In this document: positions 1 through 10,000 of the stretch, piece after piece
Numbering within the stretch: the first letter of the stretch is position 1
How the letters are laid out: every line of letters starts with the position of its first letter
Origin: a virus
Lineage: Duplodnaviria; Heunggongvirae; Uroviricota; Caudoviricetes
Reading direction: 5' to 3' (one strand)
Virus record (IMG/VR): IMGVR_UViG_3300025896_000021
DNA: 64,000 bases
Position numbers and translations under genes: made by a program
The notes under the pieces: model-generated
Told to the model about the DNA's origin: nothing
The model's input: only the letters and a program-made list of their open reading frames with translations
Database searches by the model: none

Positions 1-2
1 GC

Positions 3-415
3 GCCGGTGCTGCTGGTACAGGCGGTGCCAGTGGTGGCCCGGGCGGTGTTGGATTATCTTCTAGCATATCAGGAGCTGCTACTTATTATGCAGGTGGTGG
101 TGGTGGTGGTGGTAATTATAACACAACTGTAAATTATGCTCCAGGGGCCGGTGGAACCGGCGGTGGTGGACGCGGTGGCCTGGATGGAGCAACTGCAACT
201 TCCGGTACTCCAAATACCGGTGGTGGCGGTGGAGCAGGTGCATATAACGGTTCTGGGTATGCATATCCAGCTGGGGCAGGTGGCTCTGGTATCGTTATTA
301 TTCGCTACTCAGACACATATGATGCTGCACCATCAACTACAGGCAGTCCAACTATAACAGTAGCAGGCGGTTATAGAGTTTACAAATGGACCACTAGCGG
401 CACAATAACATTCTA
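3..415 (+). CDS. Gly-rich tail-fibre-like protein, C-terminal part (partial, 5' end outside window)
   Basis: Open frame 3 from the window start to TAA near 413-415. The translation is GGxGG-rich and ends ...GGSGIVIIRYSD..., a motif shared with the C-terminus of the next ORF (GGGAVRIIWGPG). Confidence 0.65.
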
Positions 416-426
416 AGAAAGAAAAT

Positions 427-1899
427 ATGGCAAATTATAATTCAATCAAAAACGCGGCATTAATCGCCCCAACAACTAACCCCGATCTCGGGTCAGCTAA
501 TAACAGATATGGAAATGTCTATTTAAGCGGCAATGTTAACATTGCCGGAACTAGTTTGACTAGTACTAATGCACTTATACCTAGAGTCTCTGCAATAGTT
601 TATGGTACTGGAGCAACAGCAGATGATACTGCAACCGCTCCTGCAGGTGGACTAACTCTTACTCTAACTGGTTCGGGATTTAACTACGGTGCAGCAGTGT
701 ATATAGGCGGCATTCCCGTTAGTGTTGTCACAGTAGTAGACTCAACGCAGATAACATTCACTAGTCCTGCAAAAACAGCAGGTAACTATCCACTAGTCGT
801 ACTCAATCCAGACGGTGCAACTGCAACTCTTATCACTGGTATACAATATTCAGGAACTCCTGCTTGGACGACTACAGCCGGTAGCTTAGGTGCATATACT
901 CAGGGAACTGCATTTAGTGCAACATTGGCAGCAACTAGTGACAGTACAGTTACATATAGCATTACTTCAGGAGCATTGCCAAGTGGTATAACATTGAATA
1001 GTACTACTGGTTTTCTTTCAGGTACTATGCCCACTGTTTCGGGATCAACGACTTATAACTTCACGGTTAGAGCAACCGACGGAGAGAATCAAGACACTGA
1101 TAGAAATTTCAGCGTCAACGTAGCAACTGCACCGCCAACTGGGCAAGTTGCATATACTACACCTGGAACATATTCTTGGACAGTGCCAGGCGGGGTTACT
1201 AGTATTAGTGCAGTGGTTGTGGGCGGTGGCACAGGCGGCAGCGGCTCGGCTACGGGCCAGTATGCCGGCGGTGGAAGTGGCGGCGCTCTTAGGTATATCA
1301 ATTCTGTATCAGTAACCCCTGGAGAAACATTGACTATTCTATCAGGTGCTGGTGGAACTGGTGGCAGTAGTTATGGTGGAAGTGGTGGGACAACATCAAT
1401 TGCTAGAGGCAGTAATATACTACTAAAATCAAGTCCTGGATATAGTAGTACAGTTGGTGCTGGTACATATGGCGGTACCGTTGGTGGATTTGATGGTGGT
1501 AGCCCAGGCACGGGCGGTGGTGGCGCCGGCGGTTATGCCGGTAGCGGCGGTAACGGCGGTAGCCCGTTCGGTGTTGCAGGCACAGGCGGCGCCGGTGGTG
1601 GTGGTGGTGGTTTTAACCAAGCTGGTGGGCGTGCTGGATCAGGTGGCGGCGTTGGTATATTCGGGCAAGGCGACAGCGGTGGTGCCGGCGGAACTGATGG
1701 TAATTATAATGGTTACGGCGGCGGCGGTGGCTCGGGAGGGAGCGCAGGCAACCAGACCGGCCCTGGCGGGTCATATGGTGGTGGTGGTGGTGGCTGCGGG
1801 TCATCGGTCCCGGGCGGCGGCGTCGGTGGAGGTGGAGCAGTTCGTATCATCTGGGGACCAGGACGTTCGTTCCCAAGTACATTGACTACAGACCAATAA
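427..1899 (+). CDS. Gly-rich tail-fibre-like / glycine-rich domain protein (490 aa)
   Basis: ORF track. The N-terminal half is Thr/Ser/Ala-rich with beta-strand-like repeats; the C-terminal half is very Gly-rich (GGxGG runs). It is a paralogue of the preceding partial ORF. Confidence 0.75.
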   Translation: MANYNSIKNAALIAPTTNPDLGSANNRYGNVYLSGNVNIAGTSLTSTNALIPRVSAIVYGTGATADDTATAPAGGLTLTLTGSGFNYGAAVYIGGIPVSVVTVVDSTQITFTSPAKTAGNYPLVVLNPDGATATLITGIQYSGTPAWTTTAGSLGAYTQGTAFSATLAATSDSTVTYSITSGALPSGITLNSTTGFLSGTMPTVSGSTTYNFTVRATDGENQDTDRNFSVNVATAPPTGQVAYTTPGTYSWTVPGGVTSISAVVVGGGTGGSGSATGQYAGGGSGGALRYINSVSVTPGETLTILSGAGGTGGSSYGGSGGTTSIARGSNILLKSSPGYSSTVGAGTYGGTVGGFDGGSPGTGGGGAGGYAGSGGNGGSPFGVAGTGGAGGGGGGFNQAGGRAGSGGGVGIFGQGDSGGAGGTDGNYNGYGGGGGSGGSAGNQTGPGGSYGGGGGGCGSSVPGGGVGGGGAVRIIWGPGRSFPSTLTTDQ

Positions 1900-1970
1900 T
1901 ATATTACGGTAAAGTTCACTCAGAAACATTCCGTTAACTGTTGACTTTCTCCTGTTACAGTAGTAAGTAA

Positions 1971-2663
1971 TTATAACTTTTTAGTTCGACCTTGCCAATG
2001 TCCATCTGGACATTGGTTTCTCATTACAGAAACTATGCCGTTGGTGTACCATTTGTATCCCAAAGCCCCTTTATTCCAACCTCGGTCAATTCCGTACATC
2101 GGGTTATTTTCTCCCAGCATGTTTTTACTATGATTGGGTCTTTTTACACCGCACTTTAGTTTTCTAGCTTCTCTTAGACTTTCTAGGCCAGCGCCTTCTA
2201 ATTTTTTACCAAGTTTTGCTGCACTTATTGCTGTTTTTCTTTCTTGAGTATGAGGGCTACGCTTGACACCTTTGGTTGCAATGCTTTGGTTTTTTCGTGA
2301 AGTCATTGATGATTTAGAACCTAATCTCTTATTTCGGATTTTCTCTTTAGTGTTATCTGAATGAGAGAAACCAGATATACCCTCCCCTCCACTAGTCCTA
2401 TTTCTGAGTATGCCCGTATTTGAATCTTTTCTACCGTACCATTGTATTAATCTTCTTTCTATTGCAAAGGCACCCAACTCAGTTAGGTTAGATTCAACTA
2501 TTGTTATTCTGGTTTTATCTAGTGGTGTTCTAAATAATTCTTTTTTACCGTGTACCCAAGCTCTCTGCATTTTACCCTTACCTATGTAATACGGAGAGTT
2601 ATCTTTTCGGAGATATGCATATACATAAAATCCTGAGGGCGGATTACTTCTACTAAATATCAT
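1971..2663 (-). mobile_element. Free-standing GIY-YIG homing endonuclease gene (230 aa)
   Basis: N-terminal GFYVYAY...SPYYIGKGK matches the GIY-(10)-YIG motif. The C-terminal region is basic and DNA-binding-like. It lies on the opposite strand from its neighbours, in an intergenic slot just before the DNA polymerase operon. Confidence 0.85.
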
Positions 2664-2798
2664 GCTGGTGTTCCTTTCTTAAAATTAAACACTAGAGAGA
2701 ATGGGTACTACAATACCGCGATTCTCACTACTATTTATACCATATATATTGCATCCGTACTCATTTTACTATACAATAGACTTTTAATAGGAGAATTT

Positions 2799-3062
2799 AT
2801 GAGCGATGCAAAAATGTTCAGTGGTGATCAAAAGTTGAAGTTGGTTCAGTTGATTAATGAAGGTATGGCAGTCATGCACGAGATTGATACTCTCAATGGC
2901 GGATTGACTGATACTATCAAAGCGATTGCGGAAGAAATTGAAGTCAAACCAAGCACTTTGAAGAAAGCGATTCGTATCGCACACAAAGCTAGTTTGGGTC
3001 AGACAAACAAAGACCACGAAGAACTCAACACAATTCTAGAAACCGTCGGTAAGACTCTCTAA
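2799..3062 (+). CDS. Hypothetical protein (87 aa)
   Basis: ORF track; AGGAGA RBS upstream; its stop overlaps the polB start (TAATG). Confidence 0.5.
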   Translation: MSDAKMFSGDQKLKLVQLINEGMAVMHEIDTLNGGLTDTIKAIAEEIEVKPSTLKKAIRIAHKASLGQTNKDHEELNTILETVGKTL

Positions 3063-5779
3063 TGTCGTATGTAGACGCTATCCACAGCAGGGATGAAGAC
3101 AAGATTTATGTTGTCGAACGAGATACGAACGGCAAACGCCAGTATGTCGAACACCCTGCTAACTATGTACTCTACTACAGTGATCCTAAGGGCAAGCACC
3201 GTAGCATCTACGGCGATCCAGTGGGTAGATTCAGTACTCGCAAACGTGCAGAGTTTGAGAAAGAACGGCGCATTCATTCAAATAAGAAATTATTTGAATC
3301 AGATGTACCTGTTATTTTTCGTTGTCTCAGTGAGAACTATCTTAAAGCGGATGCACCCGTACTACATACTTGCTTCTTTGACATTGAAGTAGACTTTGAT
3401 CCAGTAAAAGGTTTCAGTCCTACCTCTGATCCTTTCAATCCAGTGACTGCTATCAGTTGTTACTTGGACTGGTTAGATCAACTTGTTACTATGGTCATTG
3501 CTCCTAAGCATATGTCTAAAGAAACTGCACAAGAGATTGTAGACCAGTTCGATAACTGCTTATTGTTTGATAATGAGAAGGAAATGTTTGACGTTTTCTT
3601 TGACTTGATTGAAGATGCTGATGTATTAACTGGCTGGAACTCAGAAGGATACGATATTCCATATATGGTTAATCGTGTTACTAGAGTTATGAGTAAAAAT
3701 GACACACGCAAGTTTTGCTTGATGGGTCAATTGCCTAAACCAAGAGAATACGAACGATTCGGTAAGAAAGAAATGACTTACGACTTGGTCGGTCGTGTTC
3801 ACATGGACTATTTGCAACTTTACAAGAAATACAACTATGAATCCCGTCACAGCTACAAGTTAGATGCGATTGGTGAAATGGAAGTAGGTGAAAACAAAAC
3901 TCAATATGAAGGTACTCTGGATCAGTTGTATAATAAGGACTTTAAAAAGTTCATTGAATACAACAGACAAGATACTATGTTGGTTTTTAAGATTCACAAG
4001 AAACTTAAGTTCCTAGAACTAGCTAATCAACTAGCACACGAAAACACTGTACTGCTTCCAACAGTTATGGGTTCAGTGGCTATGATTGAAATGGCAATTT
4101 TTAACGAAGCACACGAACGCGGTGTTGTTGTACCAGATAAAAAACGAAGGAATGAAGATGCAGATGAAATCCAGCAAGCGGCAGGTGCCTTTGTTGCTAC
4201 GCCCAAAAAAGGCATGCACGAATATGTCGGAGCAGTTGACCTTAACTCGCTCTATCCCTCGGTTATTCGCGCCCTTAACATGGCGGGAGAATCAATCGTT
4301 GCCCAAGTTAGACAGACAATAACTGACAAGTACATGCTTGACAAGGGTCATCTACTTGCAAGTAAGAAAAAGCGTTACAAAGATGGTGACGATGACGTTA
4401 CCGGTGCTATTCTATGGGAAAACTTGTTCGGTGCTTTAGAGTACACTGCAATTATGAACCAAGAGCGCGGAACTATACTGACATTAGACTACGAAGATGG
4501 TCGTTCGGTAGAAATGAGTGCGGCAGAGATTTGGAAGTTAGTCTTTGATAGTAATAAGCCTTGGATGCTAAGTGCAAACGGTACAATCTTCTCATACGAG
4601 AAAGAAGGTATTGTTCCCGGACTACTTACTCGTTGGTACAGTGAACGTAAAGAAATGCAAGCGAAAGCTAAAGCAGCTTATGGAACAGACCAGTATGATT
4701 ATTTTGATAAGCGTCAGCTTGTTCGTAAGATTTTGCTTAACTCTGCATACGGCGCACTATTGAACGAGCATTGCCGATTCTATGACAAGCGTATTGGTCA
4801 AAGTGTAACATTGAGTGGTCGTCAGATTGTTAAGCATATGATGAGTAACATCAATGAATCTATCATGGGCGAGTATACGCACGAAGGTGATGCAATCGTT
4901 TATGGTGATACTGACTCATGTTATTTCAGTGCATGGCCCGCAATCAAAGGTGAAGTTGCTGCTGGTACAATGGAATGGTCTAAAGAAACTTGTATTAGTT
5001 TGTACGACTCTATCGCCGAACAAGCTAACGACAGTTTCCCTCAGTTCATGGAGAAAGCATTTCATGCACCTCGTAAGAACGGTGAGATTATCAAAGCTGG
5101 TCGAGAACTAATCGGTGATCGTGCTATCTTTATCGTTAAAAAGCGTTATGCAATCAATATCTTTGATAAAGAAGGCAAGCGCAAAGACAAAGATGGTTCC
5201 CCCGGCGAGATCAAAGCTATGGGTCTTGACTTGAAACGTGCTGATACTCCTAAGTATGTGCAAGAGTTCTTGATGAATGTACTGCAAATGGTTCTTCAAC
5301 AGGGTCGCCCGCGTGAGGAAGTAGTTGAAGTCGTTAAAGCATTCAAACTTAAGCTAGGTGCGCAGGATAGTTGGACTAAAGGTTCTCCTAAGGGCGTGAA
5401 CAGACTTACATACTACGGTGACTTAGAGACTAACAGCAAGAAAGGTAGAGAAAATATGCCCGGACACGTTCGTGCAGCATTGAACTACAACTACTTGCGC
5501 AGAGTTCACGGTGATCAATACAGTCAACGTATTGTAGACGGTATGAAAGTTGTAGTTTGCAAACTGAAACCTAATCCATTAGGCTTTACATCAATTGCTT
5601 ACCCAACTGATGAGCTACGTTTGCCAGCATGGTTCTGTGAGTTACCATTTGACGATGACGAAATGGAAAAGACATTGGTCGATGAAAAGATTGATAACCT
5701 TTTAGGTGTGTTGAATTGGGATATCCGAAGCAACACTAACGTTAAGTCTACATTTGATGATTTATTCTCATTCGGTTAA
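3062..5779 (+). CDS. 43: Family B DNA polymerase (T4 gp43-like, 905 aa)
   Basis: Exo I motif FFDIEVDF; motif B KILLNSAYGAL (Kx3NSxYG); motif C YGDTDS. The length matches T4 gp43. Confidence 0.95.
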   Translation: MSYVDAIHSRDEDKIYVVERDTNGKRQYVEHPANYVLYYSDPKGKHRSIYGDPVGRFSTRKRAEFEKERRIHSNKKLFESDVPVIFRCLSENYLKADAPVLHTCFFDIEVDFDPVKGFSPTSDPFNPVTAISCYLDWLDQLVTMVIAPKHMSKETAQEIVDQFDNCLLFDNEKEMFDVFFDLIEDADVLTGWNSEGYDIPYMVNRVTRVMSKNDTRKFCLMGQLPKPREYERFGKKEMTYDLVGRVHMDYLQLYKKYNYESRHSYKLDAIGEMEVGENKTQYEGTLDQLYNKDFKKFIEYNRQDTMLVFKIHKKLKFLELANQLAHENTVLLPTVMGSVAMIEMAIFNEAHERGVVVPDKKRRNEDADEIQQAAGAFVATPKKGMHEYVGAVDLNSLYPSVIRALNMAGESIVAQVRQTITDKYMLDKGHLLASKKKRYKDGDDDVTGAILWENLFGALEYTAIMNQERGTILTLDYEDGRSVEMSAAEIWKLVFDSNKPWMLSANGTIFSYEKEGIVPGLLTRWYSERKEMQAKAKAAYGTDQYDYFDKRQLVRKILLNSAYGALLNEHCRFYDKRIGQSVTLSGRQIVKHMMSNINESIMGEYTHEGDAIVYGDTDSCYFSAWPAIKGEVAAGTMEWSKETCISLYDSIAEQANDSFPQFMEKAFHAPRKNGEIIKAGRELIGDRAIFIVKKRYAINIFDKEGKRKDKDGSPGEIKAMGLDLKRADTPKYVQEFLMNVLQMVLQQGRPREEVVEVVKAFKLKLGAQDSWTKGSPKGVNRLTYYGDLETNSKKGRENMPGHVRAALNYNYLRRVHGDQYSQRIVDGMKVVVCKLKPNPLGFTSIAYPTDELRLPAWFCELPFDDDEMEKTLVDEKIDNLLGVLNWDIRSNTNVKSTFDDLFSFG

Positions 5780-5786
5780 ACTCGTG

Positions 5787-5815
5787 TTGACTTGTGCAAT
5801 AAAACCCGCTACAAT
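5787..5815 (+). promoter_or_regulatory. Sigma70-like promoter, TTGACT-17-TACAAT
   Basis: -35 TTGACT and -10 TACAAT with a 17-nt spacer, about 40 nt upstream of the 5854 ORF. Confidence 0.5.
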
Positions 5816-5853
5816 ACACATTACTTCTTCTTAAATATTCTAAAGGAAACAAA

Positions 5854-6585
5854 ATGAAAGATACACTACAAAACATCATCCAGTATACAGCTGGTCTTGG
5901 TAACATTGATTTGATTAAAATCACAGGCACTGATACAGAAACACAAATTGCTGCAATTGCAGAAGACAAGAGTGTCGTTATTACAGGTACATTGGCTAAT
6001 CCGCATCCCGAACTCGTCGGTGTGTTTGGTATGCCTAACTTACCAAAGCTAAAAACTATTCTTGGCTTTGATGAATACGATTCTAATGCGGTCATTACAT
6101 TGACACGCAAGGATCGTGATGGAGTTAGCACTCCCGACACAATTCACTTTGCAACAAAAGCAGGTGACTTTGTGAATGACTATCGTTTGATGGCTAAAGC
6201 TATCATTGAAGAAAAAGTCAAGAGCTTTACCTTCAAGGGTACTGGTTGGAATGTTGAATTTGAACCAAGTATTGCTAGCATCTTGCGTTTGAAGAAGCAA
6301 AGTCAAGCGAACAGTGAAGAAAACACATTCGTTACTAAGACAGAGAATGGCGACTTGAAGATTTACTTCGGTGACGTAAGTACTCACAGTGGTAACTTTG
6401 TGTTTCATGCTGGCGTGAACGGTGTACTAACTAAGTCATATCAATGGCCTGTCACAGTTGTGTCTAACATTCTTGGCTTGCCAGGTGATAAGATGTTCCG
6501 CATCAGCGATCAAGGTGCTGCTGAGATTGTTGTGAACAGTGGTATGGCAACATATCGTTACTTGCTTCCTGCTCAATCAAAATGA
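5854..6585 (+). CDS. Hypothetical protein (243 aa)
   Basis: ORF track; RBS AAGGAAA; no recognisable motif. Confidence 0.6.
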   Translation: MKDTLQNIIQYTAGLGNIDLIKITGTDTETQIAAIAEDKSVVITGTLANPHPELVGVFGMPNLPKLKTILGFDEYDSNAVITLTRKDRDGVSTPDTIHFATKAGDFVNDYRLMAKAIIEEKVKSFTFKGTGWNVEFEPSIASILRLKKQSQANSEENTFVTKTENGDLKIYFGDVSTHSGNFVFHAGVNGVLTKSYQWPVTVVSNILGLPGDKMFRISDQGAAEIVVNSGMATYRYLLPAQSK

Positions 6586-6947
6586 TCAAGGGTCTAGCTA
6601 CCAGTAGTAGGTACACAGTTGTTTCTTCTGGGAACACTAGTGTTCCCTATATTAATCAAAATATGAACAATCCTATACAGGGCATGTTGCGTATCTGTGG
6701 TAGTGACCTGCAAGTATTTGACGGAAACAGTTGGATAGTTATGAATTCAAGTTATGCAAGTGTTGGGCTAACTCCTGATGCAGAATTGTTACTTGACTGG
6801 GCTAGACAAAAACGTGACGAAGAAGTTGCTACCCTAAAATTAGCAGAGACTAATCCTACTATCAAAGATTTGCTGAATACTATTAAGCAAAAGCAAGATC
6901 AAATAGAAATGGTCAAGATTCTAATGAAAAACGAAGTTAAAGTATAA
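6582..6947 (+). CDS. Hypothetical protein (121 aa)
   Basis: ORF track; ATGA-coupled to its neighbours. Confidence 0.5.
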   Translation: MIKGLATSSRYTVVSSGNTSVPYINQNMNNPIQGMLRICGSDLQVFDGNSWIVMNSSYASVGLTPDAELLLDWARQKRDEEVATLKLAETNPTIKDLLNTIKQKQDQIEMVKILMKNEVKV

Positions 6948-8497
6948 TGGATCAAGTTAATCTATCAGCAAGTCACAATCCCGATTGGGCATTGTTTTTA
7001 CCCGCAGTCAGTAGTTTCTATATCAGTGGCTTAGGTAAACAGCGTAAGGGTGAACAATACTTTGATGCTGCACGTATTCCTGCACAATTCAACGGCGATG
7101 TTGAGAAACTAAACTTCCTTAACAGCAAAGAAGGTCTATACTACTACAAGTGGGGCTTGTACTCTGCTGGTCACGCTAACTTAGATACAACTGTCAACGA
7201 TCCCAGTGAGTCAATCATTCGTGAACGTGAAGCCGGTACATTCATGCTAGGTGACAGTGGTGGCTTTCAGATTCTTAAAGGTCAATGGCCTGCAGACTGG
7301 AAAGATCCTAACTGTCCTCGTGCTATGTTAAAGCGTAAAGTTGTATTGAACTGGATGGATACGTACATGGACTATGGTATGTGTCTCGATATTCCATCAC
7401 AGTCATTGACTACTTTTGGCATGAAGGATAAGAACGGTGTAAGTCTTCATGGTATCAGTACTATTGAAGAAGCTATTACTGCTACCCATATCAACAATGA
7501 GTACTTTATTCAGAATCGTTCGGGCAAGTGTAAGTTCTTAAACGTATTGCAGGGTCGTAATCACGGTCAGTCGGAAGATTGGTATGCTGAAATGAAAAAG
7601 TACTGCGACCCAAATCAGTATCCTGACAACCACTTTAATGGTTGGGCATTCGGGGGTCAGAACAAGATTGACGTTCACTTGATGCTAACCCGCATGGTTG
7701 ATATCATCCATGACGGACTGTTGCAAGAAGGTAAGCACGACTTGATTCACTGTTTGGGTACAAGTATCTTAGAGTATGCTGTACTCTTTAGTGATATCCA
7801 ACGAGCTATTCGTAAGTATCACAACCCAAAACTTCAAATCACGTTTGATTGTGCTAGCCCATTCTATAGTGCAGCTAAAGGTCTTGCGTACTTCAACACG
7901 AACATTCAGCACAACAAGAAATGGTCATACAGTATGGAAAAGACTGCGGAGAAAAAGTCGTATGCAAACGACACTCGCAAGTTCCGTGATGCTGTGTTAG
8001 CTGAAGGTATCCATAAGATGTTTACTGATAGTCCGGTGACTGATAAACTAGTGCTTAAGGACCTTTGCTATCGTGGTCAAGGTTTCATTGGTCAGCATGG
8101 TAAAGAAACAAAGACCAGCTGGGATACTCTGAGCTATACCTTACTGCAAAGCCATAATGTGTACACTCACATGTCAGCAGTGCAAGAAGCCAATCGTCAA
8201 TATGATTTGGGCATTGTCCCAAAGATGTTGATGAACGAACAATTTGATAGGGTGTTGTTCAAGGATGTTATTGACGAAGTTTTCTCTAAGAAGAACAAGC
8301 AAGAAGCCATCGAATTGATTAACGCTAATTCTAGACTTTGGATGCAATTCCAATCAGGTAGTCAAGGTATCAGTGGTAAACGTACTGTCAACGCAATGAC
8401 TATGTTTGACCAATTATTTGAAACAGCATCAGAACCCGAAGTTGATGAAGTTATAGAAGACAGTGATGATGCGATTAATGAAGCATTGGGTGAATAA
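6947..8497 (+). CDS. dpdA: DpdA-like DNA-guanine transglycosylase (TGT superfamily, 516 aa)
   Basis: Contains FMLGDSGGFQILKGQW, matching the TGT catalytic-Asp motif (LxxDSGGFQ). There is no CxCxxC zinc site, and the protein is larger than typical phage DpdA. It sits with folE, queD and queE. Confidence 0.7.
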   Translation: MDQVNLSASHNPDWALFLPAVSSFYISGLGKQRKGEQYFDAARIPAQFNGDVEKLNFLNSKEGLYYYKWGLYSAGHANLDTTVNDPSESIIREREAGTFMLGDSGGFQILKGQWPADWKDPNCPRAMLKRKVVLNWMDTYMDYGMCLDIPSQSLTTFGMKDKNGVSLHGISTIEEAITATHINNEYFIQNRSGKCKFLNVLQGRNHGQSEDWYAEMKKYCDPNQYPDNHFNGWAFGGQNKIDVHLMLTRMVDIIHDGLLQEGKHDLIHCLGTSILEYAVLFSDIQRAIRKYHNPKLQITFDCASPFYSAAKGLAYFNTNIQHNKKWSYSMEKTAEKKSYANDTRKFRDAVLAEGIHKMFTDSPVTDKLVLKDLCYRGQGFIGQHGKETKTSWDTLSYTLLQSHNVYTHMSAVQEANRQYDLGIVPKMLMNEQFDRVLFKDVIDEVFSKKNKQEAIELINANSRLWMQFQSGSQGISGKRTVNAMTMFDQLFETASEPEVDEVIEDSDDAINEALGE

Positions 8498-8570
8498 CTT
8501 TATTAATACGGGCAAATTAGGCAGCACAACCAGCAAAAGTAGTGTATAATAACTTAACAGGAAATATTAA

Positions 8571-9017
8571 ATGCAAAGAGAACAAGCACTGACCGAAAAG
8601 CGTCAACGAATTAGACAAGAAGCCAAACGAACTATTTGGGTTACGTTTCGTAAAGAAGGCATTCATTGCTATCCAGCTGCAGGTCATCAACCTGATCTTG
8701 CAACTGGTGATGAGTTCGATGTGAGCTTTCTTGGCACACCACATCGACATATTTTTCACTTCACTGTGGGTATTCAAGTAAACCACAATGAACGTGACAT
8801 TGAGTTTATTCAATTCAAACGTTGGCTTGAGAAATTATATCAAGGCACGCTTGTATTGAATGACAAAAGCTGTGAAACAATTAGTGATGATCTCTATGAG
8901 GCAATTGCTAGTCGCTATCCAGAGCGTGACATTCAAATCTCTGTCGCAGAAGACGGTGAGAACGGATGCACTGTATATTACAACACAACTAAACCTATTA
9001 ACAACCTCGCTATCTAA
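8571..9017 (+). CDS. Hypothetical protein (148 aa)
   Basis: ORF track; possible extended -10 (TGTATAAT) upstream. Confidence 0.5.
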   Translation: MQREQALTEKRQRIRQEAKRTIWVTFRKEGIHCYPAAGHQPDLATGDEFDVSFLGTPHRHIFHFTVGIQVNHNERDIEFIQFKRWLEKLYQGTLVLNDKSCETISDDLYEAIASRYPERDIQISVAEDGENGCTVYYNTTKPINNLAI

Positions 9018-9026
9018 GGAAACAAA

Positions 9027-9233
9027 ATGGCAAAACTAAACCTTCAACCTAACCCACGTGTCTATCAACTCTTTGAGGACCTCGAAGCCTATAAGGAGTT
9101 CTGTGTGGATTACGGTTATAAGTTTGATGAATCAACCCTGTATGATATGCGCAGTTTCGCATATCGTCAACATACCAAGCAGCTTGCTGGTAAGTGGCCT
9201 AAGGATTCATGGGAAGACGCTATCCGTCGATGA
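9027..9233 (+). CDS. Hypothetical protein (68 aa)
   Basis: ORF track; RBS AAGGAAA. Confidence 0.45.
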   Translation: MAKLNLQPNPRVYQLFEDLEAYKEFCVDYGYKFDESTLYDMRSFAYRQHTKQLAGKWPKDSWEDAIRR

Positions 9234-10000
9234 AAGCAGTGTTAGTCACTGGGGGTTTCGACCCTCTGCACTCAGGTCACATTGAATATTTCAATGCCGC
9301 TAGAGAACTCGGCGATAAACTAATCGTCGGGTTGAACAGTGACGAATGGTTGACCCGTAAAAAAGGTCAACCTTTTATGCCTTGGGAAGAACGTGCAACT
9401 ATCGTATCATCATTGTATAATGTGGATAGAGTGATTAACTTTGATGATACCGACGACACTGCCAATGATGCAATACGTAAGGCTAGAAAAATCTTTCCTA
9501 ATCACGAAATCATCTTTGCTAACGGCGGAGACCGAACCAAAGAAAATATTCCAGAAATGGAATTACTTACTCAATACTTAAATTTAAAATTTGTATTTGG
9601 TGTAGGTGGGGAGAGCAAACTAAACAGTAGTAGTTGGATTCTGCGTGAGTGGAAGCAGCCGAAAACATTGCGCTCATGGGGATACTATTGTATACTACAT
9701 GATGTTGATGGATGCAAAGTTAAAGAACTCACCATTGAACCCGGTCAAAGTTTGAGTATGCAACGACATTTCAAACGACATGAGTTCTGGCATGTTACTG
9801 AAGGTGAATGTTACATTGATTCTCAACTGGCTAGTGGTTATGTGTTACCTACACAAAAACTAGTAAAGTTTAGTCAGGTTCAAATTCCATTAGGTGATTG
9901 GCATAAACTAACTAATCCATTTGACAAGCCATGTCGTATTGTAGAGATTCAATACGGCGAAGAGTGTGTAGAAGAAGACATTGAAAGAAAAGATGCGTAA
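9230..10000 (+). CDS. HxGH nucleotidyltransferase (RfaE domain II / cytidylyltransferase-like) fused to a C-terminal cupin
   Basis: Start ATG at 9230 overlaps the upstream stop (ATGA). GGFDPLHSGH ... LIVGLNSDEW ... RVINFDDTDDT resembles heptose-1-P adenylyltransferase and TagD. The C-terminal part has a cupin-like pattern (mannose-6-P isomerase type). Confidence 0.7.
   Translation: MKAVLVTGGFDPLHSGHIEYFNAARELGDKLIVGLNSDEWLTRKKGQPFMPWEERATIVSSLYNVDRVINFDDTDDTANDAIRKARKIFPNHEIIFANGGDRTKENIPEMELLTQYLNLKFVFGVGGESKLNSSSWILREWKQPKTLRSWGYYCILHDVDGCKVKELTIEPGQSLSMQRHFKRHEFWHVTEGECYIDSQLASGYVLPTQKLVKFSQVQIPLGDWHKLTNPFDKPCRIVEIQYGEECVEEDIERKDA

Noticed and set aside
1089-1919. Several ORFs on both strands inside the Gly-rich gene (1089..1301-, 1429..1620-, 1454..1885+, 1613..1804-, 1713..1919-)
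   Set aside because: They are alternative-frame and antisense readings of GGT/GGC-rich repeats. The translations are low-complexity (poly-P, poly-H, poly-T) with no independent start signals, and they overlap a well-supported CDS.
3093-5299. Short ORFs in other frames inside polB (3093..3392, 3478..3850-, 4027..4322, 4572..5111, 5108..5299-)
   Set aside because: They lie entirely within the family B polymerase gene and have no motifs or RBS. They are chance ORFs in AT-rich sequence.
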